Below are positions 25,933 through 35,531 of a stretch of DNA of 63,386 nt, piece after piece; position 1 is the stretch's first letter, and each line of letters starts with the position of its first letter. The notes beneath the pieces were generated by a model that did not search any database, was not told the origin of the DNA, and saw nothing but the letters and a program-made list of their open reading frames with translations. The translations under genes were made by a program, and so were the position numbers. The stretch is from contig PLCF01000047.1 of assembly GCA_003135555.1 (NCBI GenBank), positions 1 through 63,386 on the forward strand. Direction: 5' to 3'. The stretch comes from Vulcanimicrobiota bacterium (GTDB lineage Bacteria > Vulcanimicrobiota > Vulcanimicrobiia > Vulcanimicrobiales > Vulcanimicrobiaceae).

Positions 25933-27978
25933 ATGGATGCGCTCCGCTCTACGGCGCTACGGATCTCGCTTTGCGCTTCGGTCGCGTTGCTCACCGCCTG
26001 CGGCGGCGGCGGTAGTTCGTCGTCCTCGCTCCCGCCGATGGCCGGATCGCCTGCGCCCGCCACCGTCGCCACGGCACCCCAAGCCGTCGCCTTCAGCATC
26101 GCCATCCCGAGCGCCGCGACGAGCTCGAGTCAGCGGCGCGTCGCGTACATTTCAGCCGGGACCAAGTCCGCATCGATCACCTACGGCGGCGGATCGCAAA
26201 CCGTAAACTGCACCCAGACGTGCAGCACCACCCTGCAAGTGCTGCCGGGTACGCAGACGTTCAGCGTCTCGTTATACGCCGGCGCGAACGCGACCGGCGG
26301 ACTGCTCTCGACCGGCTCGACCGTCGCAACGATCGTCGCCGGTCAGGCCAACACGGTGCAGATCGTGTTCGGCGGCGTCGCCGCCAAGCTCGCGCTCTCG
26401 CTCGGTGCCGCAGCGGTCGTCGCCGGCTCGCCGACGACGGTCCCCGTCTTCGTGCACGCCACCGACGCCGCCGGGTACACCATCGTCGGCGCCGACCCGT
26501 ACCAGCAGCCGATCGTGCTCAAGGACGACGATCCCAGCGGCGCGACGACGCTCTCCACGACCACCGTGACCTCGCCGCAGACGACCGTCACGCTGCAGTA
26601 CAACGGCGCTGCGGCGCTCAAGTCCGCAGTGCTGTCCGCCAGCATTCCTCAGACAGGGATCGCCGCGCCGAGCATCGCGCTCGCCGTCGAAGCGCCGCCG
26701 ACGCCGACGCCCGCGCCGACCGCGACGCCCGCGCCGACGCCGACTCCCGCGCCGCCGTCCGGCAACGTTCCCACCCACGCCGCGACGTGGTACTACTTCG
26801 GGCTCGTCGGCGTCAACGCGTCGGTTCCGGTCACCTACATGGTCGCCCATGCCGACTACGTCGAAGACGACGGTTTCACCGCCGATCACGCCCGGGCGTT
26901 CAAGAGCGCCGGCGGCAAGTACGCCATCGCGTACACCGATCCGGCCTATGTGCCGTACTGCGTCGAACCATTCGTTGCGCCCAGCGGTGCCTGCGCCGGG
27001 CCGATCGGCAACCGCATCAGCGGCGAGGGCGCGTGGTTTCACGGTGCCGACGGTTCGCGCGTGCGCCATTGGGTCGACACCGAGTTCCACTATCAGGAAG
27101 CGCTCAACCCGGCGTCACAAGTCGCGCGCGACGCGTACAAAGCCCTTACCGACGGTACGCTGGCGGCGACGCCCGCGCTCGATTTCTTCTTCGCGGACGA
27201 CTCCGGCGGCGTCTTCATCGGCTCCGACGGCACGCAGCTCTCGGGCTGGTTCTACGGCTTCAACGCACCGGCCGTCGAGATCACGACCAACGCCGCGTTC
27301 ATCACGGCCGAGCAGAAGATGCTCGCCGTCCCGGCGCGCCCGGTAATCGTGAACGGCTACGACCCGAGCACGAAACACCCGTCGTACAACGGCGCCTGGC
27401 TCGATTCGCCCAACGTCGTCGGCGACGTCTACGAAGGCTGCTACGGCGGCGGCAACGGCGTCGACAGCACGCGCTACGGCGTGTGGACCGACAAGACCAA
27501 CGGGCTCCTGATGACGATCGCCCACCGCAGCCGCGCGATCTGCATGATGCTCGCGCCGGCGACGCCGAGCAACCGCATCTACGAGATGGCGTCGTGGTGG
27601 ATGACCTACACCGAACCGTATTCGGTCGCTGCACCGCTCTCCGCGCCGTCCGACGGCTCGACCATCCTGCCCGAATACGATCTCGTGCCGCGCCAGCCGC
27701 GGGCCACCGCGACGTCCGACATCAGCGCGTTGCACGCCGCCGGCGGTGCGTACGTGCGCGAGTTCGCCGCCTGCTACCAGGCCGGCGTTGCGATCGGTCC
27801 GTGCGCGGCGGTCGTCAACCCGAGCGATACGGGGACGGTGGCGATGCCCGTATTGACCGGACACTACACCAGCACGCTCGTCGTGGACGACAAGAGCGCG
27901 TTCGCGGGCGGTAAGGCGACCTGGGGCGGACCGGTTCCGACTCAGCTCGGCGCGCTCAGCGCGGTCGTCCTCCGCTAG
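25933..27978 (+). CDS. Lipoprotein: Ig-like N-terminal region, Pro/Thr linker, putative glycoside hydrolase-like domain (paralog B)
   Basis: AGGAG SD; lipobox LTAC; PTPTPAP linker; domain shared with 19630-21009. Confidence 0.75.
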   Translation: MDALRSTALRISLCASVALLTACGGGGSSSSSLPPMAGSPAPATVATAPQAVAFSIAIPSAATSSSQRRVAYISAGTKSASITYGGGSQTVNCTQTCSTTLQVLPGTQTFSVSLYAGANATGGLLSTGSTVATIVAGQANTVQIVFGGVAAKLALSLGAAAVVAGSPTTVPVFVHATDAAGYTIVGADPYQQPIVLKDDDPSGATTLSTTTVTSPQTTVTLQYNGAAALKSAVLSASIPQTGIAAPSIALAVEAPPTPTPAPTATPAPTPTPAPPSGNVPTHAATWYYFGLVGVNASVPVTYMVAHADYVEDDGFTADHARAFKSAGGKYAIAYTDPAYVPYCVEPFVAPSGACAGPIGNRISGEGAWFHGADGSRVRHWVDTEFHYQEALNPASQVARDAYKALTDGTLAATPALDFFFADDSGGVFIGSDGTQLSGWFYGFNAPAVEITTNAAFITAEQKMLAVPARPVIVNGYDPSTKHPSYNGAWLDSPNVVGDVYEGCYGGGNGVDSTRYGVWTDKTNGLLMTIAHRSRAICMMLAPATPSNRIYEMASWWMTYTEPYSVAAPLSAPSDGSTILPEYDLVPRQPRATATSDISALHAAGGAYVREFAACYQAGVAIGPCAAVVNPSDTGTVAMPVLTGHYTSTLVVDDKSAFAGGKATWGGPVPTQLGALSAVVLR

Positions 27979-29077
27979 CCCACGGCCCGAACGTCCGCCC
28001 GGGGCGGTAGACCAGGTTTGCAACGGCCATTTTGAGCGCGAAGAACTTCGGTCGTGCATACGCGATCGCGGCCGAGCGCAGCCCCGGCGCCGTGAGGCGG
28101 AAGTGGTGCGTGGTGTGCGCCTCCTTGGCATAGCTCGCTTTGAACGGTTCGTCGCCGCGCAGGAAGTCGAAGCGCGCGTAGCCCGCTTCGATCGCCGCGC
28201 GGATCGCGCGTCCGACGATCCCCTTGCCGGGTGAGAACCGCGCGTACTCCTCGTCGAAGCCGATCATGTACAGCCCGAACGACGAATGCCGCGCGTCGAG
28301 AAACGCCGCCGCACCGGCGATCGGCCGGGTGCCGTCCCAATACACGAACAGCCGCAGCAGTCCGGCGGCATAGGCGTTGCGGAAGAGCCCGCCGTAGCGC
28401 CGGCGCGCCGAAGACCGGTTGCCGCCCCAGCGCGCATGGTGGACGCGGACCATCGCTTCGATGTGCTCGTCGAGGTCGGCATCGCCCGGCTCGGAGATGC
28501 GAAAGCCGGGGATCCCGGCGGCGAGGCGCCGCTCGACGCGCACGGTGTTGATCCGCGTCTTCGCGCTGATCCCGTGCGCCGTGAACGCTTCCCACGTCGC
28601 CGGCAGCATCGCGGTCAGGCACAGCGTCGATCCGGTCGACTCGAGGATGTAGCCGCGCGCGACGAGCCGGCGCACGAGCGCTTCGATGCGCGGATCGCGC
28701 ACGTCGTGTGCGTTGAACGCATCCCACCCCTCGGCGGCCAGCGTCTCGGCGAACGCCGCGATCGCGACCTCGTCCCGGCCGCGCAACGCGAGCATCCCGG
28801 TGTAGTCGGCGATCGGGTTGCCGCCCAGGTAGAGCTCGCGGTCGAAGACCGATCCGCCGTAGGCGATCGGCAGGTACGCGACCGCCGTCTCGCCGTCGCG
28901 CAGCGCCAAGATCGACCAGCGGAAGCGCGTCACGGGAAGATACGCGCGCAGCCAGCCCCAGGACGAGAAGACCGTCGCGAAGGCGTCCTGGCGCTCGAGC
29001 TGTTCCCAGCGTTCGCGCTCCCCCTCGAACGCTTCGAGCGTCGAGATCCGCGCGACGTGCATTTGCGGTACCGACAC
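27956..29077 (-). CDS. GNAT acetyltransferase, CelD/BcsL (Acetyltransf_6) type
   Basis: FSSWGW, ADYTGML, FSPGKG...FDFLRGDEPFK. Confidence 0.88.
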   Translation of the reverse strand: MSVPQMHVARISTLEAFEGERERWEQLERQDAFATVFSSWGWLRAYLPVTRFRWSILALRDGETAVAYLPIAYGGSVFDRELYLGGNPIADYTGMLALRGRDEVAIAAFAETLAAEGWDAFNAHDVRDPRIEALVRRLVARGYILESTGSTLCLTAMLPATWEAFTAHGISAKTRINTVRVERRLAAGIPGFRISEPGDADLDEHIEAMVRVHHARWGGNRSSARRRYGGLFRNAYAAGLLRLFVYWDGTRPIAGAAAFLDARHSSFGLYMIGFDEEYARFSPGKGIVGRAIRAAIEAGYARFDFLRGDEPFKASYAKEAHTTHHFRLTAPGLRSAAIAYARPKFFALKMAVANLVYRPGRTFGPWASGGRPR

Positions 29078-29080
29078 GGG

Positions 29081-30181
29081 CTAGACGGTCCGTCCGGGAC
29101 CGTAGACGACGCGCACCGCCGCCGCCTTGAGCGCACGATACGACGGCTGCACGAGGTCGAAGAGCGTCGAACGCAGCACCGGCCGCTCGAGCAAAAAGTG
29201 TCGCGTGATCACGACCTCGGAGGCGTAGGAGGCTTTGTACTCTTCATCGCCGCGCAGGAAATCAAACACGCGATAGCCGCGCTCGATCGCGTCGCGGATC
29301 GCGTAGCCCAGCACGGCCTTGCCCGGGCTGAACTTTGCGTACTCGTCGTCGTAGGCGAGTTGGTAGAGGTTGTACGTTGCACTGACGGGATCGGTGAACG
29401 AAGCGACGCCGGCGATGCCGCGCTCGCCGTCCCAGGCGATGTGCAGGCGCAGACAGTCGCGGTCGTACGCGGCTCGGAAGAGCCGCCCGAAGCGCGCGCG
29501 CGCGCTGCGCAAGTTGCCGCCCCAGCGAGCATGGTTGATCCGCACCATCGCCTCGACGTGCGCATCGACGTCGGCGTCGGTCGGTGAGCTGATCCGGAAA
29601 TCCGGCAGCCCGTCCTGCAGCCGCCGCAAGGCGCGGTCGGTTTTCCCACGCGTCGTGCGGCCCAGCGACTTCTTGTAGTCGTCCCAGCTCGCGGGCAGCG
29701 TCGTACGCAGGCAGCGCGTCTCGCCGGTCTGCGCGAGCGTGCTGCCCTGCCCGCGCAAAACGGCGAGCAGCGGGTCGAGCCGCGGATCGGCGAGGTCGCA
29801 GATCAGCGCGCGATCCCAACCCAGCCTGCGGATCGCCACGCCGAAGGCGCGCACGGCGTCCGCTTCGCGTCCCGCCCGGCACAGCATCCCGCCGTAGTCG
29901 GCGACCGGGTCACCCAGAAACGCGAGCTCGCGCGCCACCGGAAACACGCGGCTGGGGACGCTGCGCACTTGCAGCGGCAGCGCCGCGATCAACTCGTCGC
30001 CCTCGCGCAGCACCGCGATCGTCCAGCCCGGCGCCACGGTCGTGAGGTAGGCGTCGAGCCAGGCCCACGACATGAAAACTTGGCGCACGGGGTCCGCGCG
30101 GTAGAGCCGTTCCCACGCCGCGCGTTCGGTCGCGAATCCGGCCGGGGTGGTGATCGAAGCAGCGCCGCTCATCGAGGTCAC
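29081..30181 (-). CDS. GNAT acetyltransferase, CelD/BcsL type (tandem paralog)
   Basis: FMSWAW, ADYGGML, FSPGKA...FDFLRGDEEYK. Confidence 0.88.
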   Translation of the reverse strand: MTSMSGAASITTPAGFATERAAWERLYRADPVRQVFMSWAWLDAYLTTVAPGWTIAVLREGDELIAALPLQVRSVPSRVFPVARELAFLGDPVADYGGMLCRAGREADAVRAFGVAIRRLGWDRALICDLADPRLDPLLAVLRGQGSTLAQTGETRCLRTTLPASWDDYKKSLGRTTRGKTDRALRRLQDGLPDFRISSPTDADVDAHVEAMVRINHARWGGNLRSARARFGRLFRAAYDRDCLRLHIAWDGERGIAGVASFTDPVSATYNLYQLAYDDEYAKFSPGKAVLGYAIRDAIERGYRVFDFLRGDEEYKASYASEVVITRHFLLERPVLRSTLFDLVQPSYRALKAAAVRVVYGPGRTV

Positions 30182-30182
30182 G

Positions 30183-31220
30183 CTAATCGTACAGCGCCAG
30201 AACGGCCGCCGCCCAGGCGTCGAGGTCGCCCGCCGCGCCGGCGGCGGCGGGCGGCGGGGCGGCGAGCACCGCGCGCAGCGCGGCGCCGAACGCGGCGGCG
30301 TCGCCGCTGGGCGCCAGCGTCACGCCCGGATTGGTGCGCGCCAGCTCGACCGCCCAGGGCAAACCGGCGGCGACGACCGGAACGCCGCACGCCAGGGCCT
30401 CGAGCGCGACGAACGGCATCCCCTCGCCGCGCGAGGGCAGCACCAAGGCGTCGACCGCCCACAGCACCTCGCGCACGTCGTCGAGCAGCGGGACGGCGAC
30501 GACCCGGGCGCGAGCCGCGAGCGGCGCGAGCCCCTCGGGCGGGGTCGCGACCGCGACGACGGTGACATCCGGCGCCTGGGCGAGGGCGGCCCCCAGCACG
30601 TCGGCGCCCTTGATCGCCGGGTCCCGGCCGAAGAACGCGATCGCCGGCGTGGCGCCCAGCTCGAGCCGAGCCCGCGCCGCGGCCCGCGCCGCCGGGGAGG
30701 GCGGATGGAAGCGCTGCCCGTCGACGGCGTTGGGGACCACGGCGAGCTTTGCGGCTGGGACGCCCTGCTGCCGGGCCTCGGCGGCGATCGTCTCGGTGAC
30801 CGCGACGAACCGCGCCACGCGCCGGCCGACCAGACGGAACTTGATCACCCGGCGGGCGGTGAAGCGCAGCGGTGCGCCGCCGGGCTCGAAGGTCGAGTGC
30901 AGGTGCCACAGCACGCGCGCCCGCGTCGGCCACAGCGCCAGCGTGAGGGTGACGAACCAGCCGTCGAAGTGCGCGTGGGCCACGTCGGGACGCAGCGCGC
31001 GCGTCCGCAACGCGGCGGCCCGCGCATCGTAGGGGCGCACCAGGTGCACCGCGGCGCCGAGTGCGCGCAAGTCGTCGTGCCAGGGCAGCGGACCGAGGTC
31101 GGGGAGTACGACGTCGAAGCTGTCGCCGCGCTCGATCGCGCGCCGCGCGACCCGCTCGACGGCCGGGACGAAGCTGCCGCGGTGCCGTCCGTAGTACGCG
31201 GCCGGCCAGACGATCCGCAC
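30183..31220 (-). CDS. Glycosyltransferase family 4
   Basis: VVPNAVD; PSRGEGMPFVALEALACGVPVV (EX7E). Confidence 0.92.
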   Translation of the reverse strand: MRIVWPAAYYGRHRGSFVPAVERVARRAIERGDSFDVVLPDLGPLPWHDDLRALGAAVHLVRPYDARAAALRTRALRPDVAHAHFDGWFVTLTLALWPTRARVLWHLHSTFEPGGAPLRFTARRVIKFRLVGRRVARFVAVTETIAAEARQQGVPAAKLAVVPNAVDGQRFHPPSPAARAAARARLELGATPAIAFFGRDPAIKGADVLGAALAQAPDVTVVAVATPPEGLAPLAARARVVAVPLLDDVREVLWAVDALVLPSRGEGMPFVALEALACGVPVVAAGLPWAVELARTNPGVTLAPSGDAAAFGAALRAVLAAPPPAAAGAAGDLDAWAAAVLALYD

Positions 31221-31333
31221 GATGCAAACGCTTGCCCGCTTAGGCCTGGCTCCAAACGCTCATAGGCGACTTGCGCTCGGCTGTTACAATGCCGGTACTT
31301 GCGGGCAGAGCTGATACGACCATGAGGGACGCC

Positions 31334-32341
31334 ATGCTCACGGTGGAGCACGTCGATAAGTCGTTTCCTGTCGAGCACGGTTTCGGCGCGATGCTGCGCA
31401 CCTTGGCGGGACAACGGATCGCGCGGCGTCAGGTGCTGTTCGACGTCAACCTCGAGGTCGCGCGCGGCGAGCTGTTCGGGCTGCTGGGACCCAACGGCGC
31501 CGGCAAGTCGACCCTGCTCAAGCTGCTCGCCACGCTGACGACGCCGGACCGCGGGCGCATGACGATCGACGGGATCGACGTCGAGCGCGAACCGCTCAAG
31601 GCCAAGCGCCGCATCGGTTTGTGCACCAGCGACGAGCGCAGTTTCTATTTCCGGCTCACCGCGCGGCAGAACATGGAGTTCTTCGGCGCCTTGATGGGCC
31701 TAGGCGGCGCGCATTTGAAAAAGCGCATCGACGAGTGCGTCGAGCTGGTCGACCTGCGCGACATCCTCGACCAGCGCTTCGGCGGCTTCTCGTCGGGGAT
31801 GAAGGTGCGCCTGACGGTGGCGCGCGCGCTGCTGGCCGATCCCGCGATCCTGTTTCTGGACGAGCCGACGCGCGCCGTCGATCCCGTCCATGCCGAAGAC
31901 CTGCGCAGTTTGATTCGCCGCAACCTCGTCGGCGGGGCCGGCAAGACCGTGGTGCTGGCCACCAACCTGCTCGAGGAGGCCTGGGAGATGTGCGACCGCG
32001 TCGCGGTCGTGAACCGCGGCCGCATCGTGGCGCTGGCGCCGCCGCGCGAGCTGGACCGCGAGCTGGGCGCGATCGCGCGCTACCGCGTCCAACTCGACGC
32101 GGTCGATGACGCGCTGCTCGACCGCACCCGGGCCGTGCCGGGCTTTCGCGAGCTGCGCGTCGTGCGCACCGAGCGCGGCGTCGACCTGCACGTCGAGCTG
32201 GACCAATCCGACGGCGGGCTGGGCGCGCTGATGCGCGCCGTCTCCTTGAACGGGACGCCGCTGCGCGACTTTCGCCCGGTCGAGACCGAACCGCTGGGCG
32301 TCTTCAAGAACATCACGCTGCAGGCCGACCATGACAACTAG
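31334..32341 (+). CDS. ABC transporter ATP-binding protein (ABC-2/DrrA-like)
   Basis: Walker A GPNGAGKST, FSSGM signature, FLDEPT; H-loop reads ATN; start could be 31322. Confidence 0.92.
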   Translation: MLTVEHVDKSFPVEHGFGAMLRTLAGQRIARRQVLFDVNLEVARGELFGLLGPNGAGKSTLLKLLATLTTPDRGRMTIDGIDVEREPLKAKRRIGLCTSDERSFYFRLTARQNMEFFGALMGLGGAHLKKRIDECVELVDLRDILDQRFGGFSSGMKVRLTVARALLADPAILFLDEPTRAVDPVHAEDLRSLIRRNLVGGAGKTVVLATNLLEEAWEMCDRVAVVNRGRIVALAPPRELDRELGAIARYRVQLDAVDDALLDRTRAVPGFRELRVVRTERGVDLHVELDQSDGGLGALMRAVSLNGTPLRDFRPVETEPLGVFKNITLQADHDN

Positions 32342-33158
32342 CGTCCCACAGGCATCGGCGTGGTCGCGCGTCGGCGCGATCTTTCGCCGCGACGCGCTCG
32401 TCGCGCTCTCGTATCCGGGCAACTTCACGCTGTCGTGGCTGGCGATCGTCATCGAGGTCGTCATCGCTTGGTACATCTCGAAGCTGATCCCGGCCTCGCC
32501 GAAGTTCAGCCCAAACGGCGTGTCAGTCCCCTACTTTCAGTTCATCGCGATCAACGCCGCGTTCGTGCTCTTCCAGACCGCCGCGCTGAACAGCTTCGCC
32601 GAATCGATTCGCGACGCGCAGCTGACCGGGACGCTGGAGATCGTGCTCTCGACGCCGACGCGGCTCAACACGCTGGTGCTGTCGTCGGCGGTCTGGTCGA
32701 TGACGTACACCTTCCTGCAGACCACCGTCTACCTGTTGATCGCGATGGCGTTCGGACTCGATCTGCACCATGTCGACGTGCTGACGGCGCTGATCTTTCT
32801 GGTGCTGACGGTCGCATCGGTTTCACCGCTGGGCGTGCTCGCCGCCGCGATGGCGATGGTGATCAAGAAGACCGGCCCGGTGGAGTTCCTTTCGAACGCC
32901 AGCGCCAGCGTCTTCGGCGGCGTCTACCTGCCGCTGGCGTCGATGCCGTTGGCGCTGCAGTGGATCGGCTGGCTGCTCCCCATCACGCACGCGCTCAACG
33001 GGTTCCGTGCCGCCGCCGCCGGCGTGCCGATCCGGCAGGTGGCCGGCGATGCGATCTGGCTGCTCGTCGCGTCGGCGATCTTGTTGCCGCTGGCACTGTG
33101 GATCTTCAGCCGCGCCGTCGCCAAAGCCCGCGTCGACGGCACCCTCTCGATGTACTAG
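32331..33158 (+). CDS. ABC-2 type permease
   Basis: About six TMs; GTLEIVLSTP; GGVYLPL...LPITHALNGFR. Confidence 0.9.
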   Translation: MTTSVPQASAWSRVGAIFRRDALVALSYPGNFTLSWLAIVIEVVIAWYISKLIPASPKFSPNGVSVPYFQFIAINAAFVLFQTAALNSFAESIRDAQLTGTLEIVLSTPTRLNTLVLSSAVWSMTYTFLQTTVYLLIAMAFGLDLHHVDVLTALIFLVLTVASVSPLGVLAAAMAMVIKKTGPVEFLSNASASVFGGVYLPLASMPLALQWIGWLLPITHALNGFRAAAAGVPIRQVAGDAIWLLVASAILLPLALWIFSRAVAKARVDGTLSMY

Positions 33159-33163
33159 CTCAT

Positions 33164-33182
33164 TGTCATGCTCAGGGTGACA
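33164..33182. repeat. Collapsed REP-like dimer
   Basis: TGTCATGCTCAGGGTGACA = inverted end fused to direct end; contains the stop of the GT4 gene. Confidence 0.7.
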
Positions 33183-34359
33183 TGATGAGACGCAGCAGGT
33201 GGTCGGTGGTGGCGGTGGTTTCGAAGTCGCGGCGGATGCGGTCGCGGCCGGCGGCGCCGGCGCGTAGGCGGGCGTCGCGGTCGAGGAGGAGCTTTTCGAG
33301 GGCTTGCGCCAACGCGGCCGGATCGCGTTGCGGGACCAGCGCGCCGTGCTCGGGCTCGACGAGCTCGGTGAGGCTGCCGGTGGACGTGACGACGACGGGC
33401 AGGCCGGCGGCCATCGCCTCCATGACGGCAACCGGGATCCCTTCGTGCTGCCCGCCCTGCTCGGTGCTGGGCAACGCGAAGACATCGTAGTCGCCGGCGG
33501 CGAGGCCGGCCACCAGCTGCGGATGCGGCACGTTGCCGAGCATGCGCACGTGCGTGCCGAGCTGCAGCCGCGCGATCGTCGCCGCGACCTCGTCGCGCAG
33601 CTCGCCGTCGCCGGCGAGGTCGCAGGCGAACGCGACGTCGCGCGTCTTGAGCAGCGCCAGCGCTTCGAGCAGGTCGGCGTGGCCTTTCCAGTTTCCCAGC
33701 CGCGCGGCGCACAGGATGCGCGGCATGCCGCGCGCCGGGGGCACCGCCGGCGACTCCGGCAGCGCGACGCCGAGGTGACCGACGATGCAGCGCGCGCGCA
33801 GCGCCGGCGGGAGCTGCTCGCGCAAATGCTCGGCGTTGCGTTGGGAGATCACGCGCACGAAGGTCGCCGCCGCGACCTTGCGCGCGGCTAGGTTGTGCGC
33901 GAAGATGTCGTGCTGGTGCGCGGTCGCGCTGAACGGTATCCCGGTCATGCGCGCCACGATCCAGCCCAGGCTCGCGGGCGTGGTGAACCAGGCCGCGTGC
34001 ACGTGGTCGACGCCCAGGCGCCGCACTTCGTGCGCTACCGCGAGCGCCTTGGGGAAGGTCGCGAGATTGACGGCCCGCGCACGCAGCGAGCTGCCCCCGT
34101 CGAATGCGATCAGGGCTAGCGTGGTCAACGCGCGCAGCGGCGCGCGTGCGGCGGCGCGGGCGGCCAGCGCGGCGACCCGCGCGCTGAACAGGGGTAGGTG
34201 CAGCGCCGCGCCGACGTCGTCGAAGCACGGCGTCGCCGAAGGCGGGCGAACCGGCACGACGACCACCTCGACGCGCCGCGACAGCGAACGCACTTCCTCC
34301 TCGAAGAACTGCTCGGCGTGCGCGAACGGGAACAGCGCGGTGACGTAAGCGAGCTTCAC
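33172..34359 (-). CDS. Glycosyltransferase family 4 (WcaL-like)
   Basis: HVHAAW, FSATAH, HEGIPVAVMEAMAAGLPVV; GTGA overlap with upstream gene. Confidence 0.92.
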   Translation of the reverse strand: MKLAYVTALFPFAHAEQFFEEEVRSLSRRVEVVVVPVRPPSATPCFDDVGAALHLPLFSARVAALAARAAARAPLRALTTLALIAFDGGSSLRARAVNLATFPKALAVAHEVRRLGVDHVHAAWFTTPASLGWIVARMTGIPFSATAHQHDIFAHNLAARKVAAATFVRVISQRNAEHLREQLPPALRARCIVGHLGVALPESPAVPPARGMPRILCAARLGNWKGHADLLEALALLKTRDVAFACDLAGDGELRDEVAATIARLQLGTHVRMLGNVPHPQLVAGLAAGDYDVFALPSTEQGGQHEGIPVAVMEAMAAGLPVVVTSTGSLTELVEPEHGALVPQRDPAALAQALEKLLLDRDARLRAGAAGRDRIRRDFETTATTDHLLRLIMSP

Positions 34360-35459
34360 CGCGGGGTCCGCAACAACGACTCGTAGAGCGCGACGTGGGC
34401 GCGGACCATCGCGGCCGGATCGAAGGTGGTGCGCGCGGTCGCGCTCGCGGCGAGCGCGATCCGAGCCAGCGCGTCGCGATCGCGGTAGGCGCGTAGCAGC
34501 GCTTGCGCGAGCGCTTCGGGGCCGAACCCCGCGGCGACGAACCCGGTCTCGCCGTCGCGCACGAAATCGGTCGCGCCTTCCCACGGCGTCACGACCGGGG
34601 GGAGTCCGGCCAGCATCGCCTCGCCCAGCGCCAGCGGCATCCGCTCGCGCAGCGAGCTCTGAACGTAGACGTCCATCGCTGCGGCGAGCTGCGGCGCGTC
34701 GTCGCGGCGGCCGAGAAAATGCACGCGGTCGTCGAGCCCCAGCGCGCTCGCCTGCGCGCGCAGGGTCGCGGCGAGCGGACCGTCACCGGCGACGACGAGG
34801 TGCGCGTCGTTCGCCCCGGCGTCGCGCACTAGCGCGAGCGCGGCGAGCACGGCGCCTTGATTCTTCTCGGGCGCCAGCCGCCCGACGCAGTACACGGCGA
34901 AGGCGCCGGCCGGAACCGCGAGCTGCGCGCGAACCGCTGCGCGCGACGCGCTCGCCGGCGGCGCGACCACGCCGTTGGGGATCACGACGACCCGCTCGAG
35001 CGGGACGTGCTGCTCGGTTGCGAAGCGCCGCTGCTGCGCGGCGGTGAACACGATGAAGCGCGCGGTGCGCGCGTGCAGTACGCGGTCGGCGAGGGCGCGC
35101 ACCGGACCGCCGGGCTCGTCGCCGTGCGCCGTCAGCACGATGGCGGGGACTCCGGCGAGAACGGCCGCGGCGCGGCCGGCATATTGCCCGGTGTGCAGGT
35201 GCGCGTGCACGACGTCGGGTCGCCGGTCGCGCAGCGCGCGGACTAGCGTCGGAAAGTAGCGCAGATCGCCGCGCCCGCGCCGCCCGAGGTCGACGACCGG
35301 GACGCCGAGCTGCGCGCGTTGGGCCGCGTCGAGTCCCGACGGATAGACCGAGACGATCTCGACGTCGATCCCCGCGGCGGCGAGTCCCGGGCACAGCGTT
35401 CGGATCATCGTCTCGGCGCCGCCCGCGACGAGCGTCTGGACGACGTGGACGATCCGCAC
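34356..35459 (-). CDS. Glycosyltransferase family 4
   Basis: GGAE, DVVHAH, IPNGV, GRLAPEKN, ERMPLALGEAM. Confidence 0.92.
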   Translation of the reverse strand: MRIVHVVQTLVAGGAETMIRTLCPGLAAAGIDVEIVSVYPSGLDAAQRAQLGVPVVDLGRRGRGDLRYFPTLVRALRDRRPDVVHAHLHTGQYAGRAAAVLAGVPAIVLTAHGDEPGGPVRALADRVLHARTARFIVFTAAQQRRFATEQHVPLERVVVIPNGVVAPPASASRAAVRAQLAVPAGAFAVYCVGRLAPEKNQGAVLAALALVRDAGANDAHLVVAGDGPLAATLRAQASALGLDDRVHFLGRRDDAPQLAAAMDVYVQSSLRERMPLALGEAMLAGLPPVVTPWEGATDFVRDGETGFVAAGFGPEALAQALLRAYRDRDALARIALAASATARTTFDPAAMVRAHVALYESLLRTPR

Positions 35460-35531
35460 CAGCGCGCCTTTGGCGGGTTCCGGGCCTATTCCCGCGAGGA
35501 GGCTGCTCGCGAGCCCGCGCACCCAGCGGAT

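Noticed and set aside
26695..26760. DNA tandem repeat
   Set aside because: Simply encodes the Pro/Thr/Ala linker of the lipoprotein.
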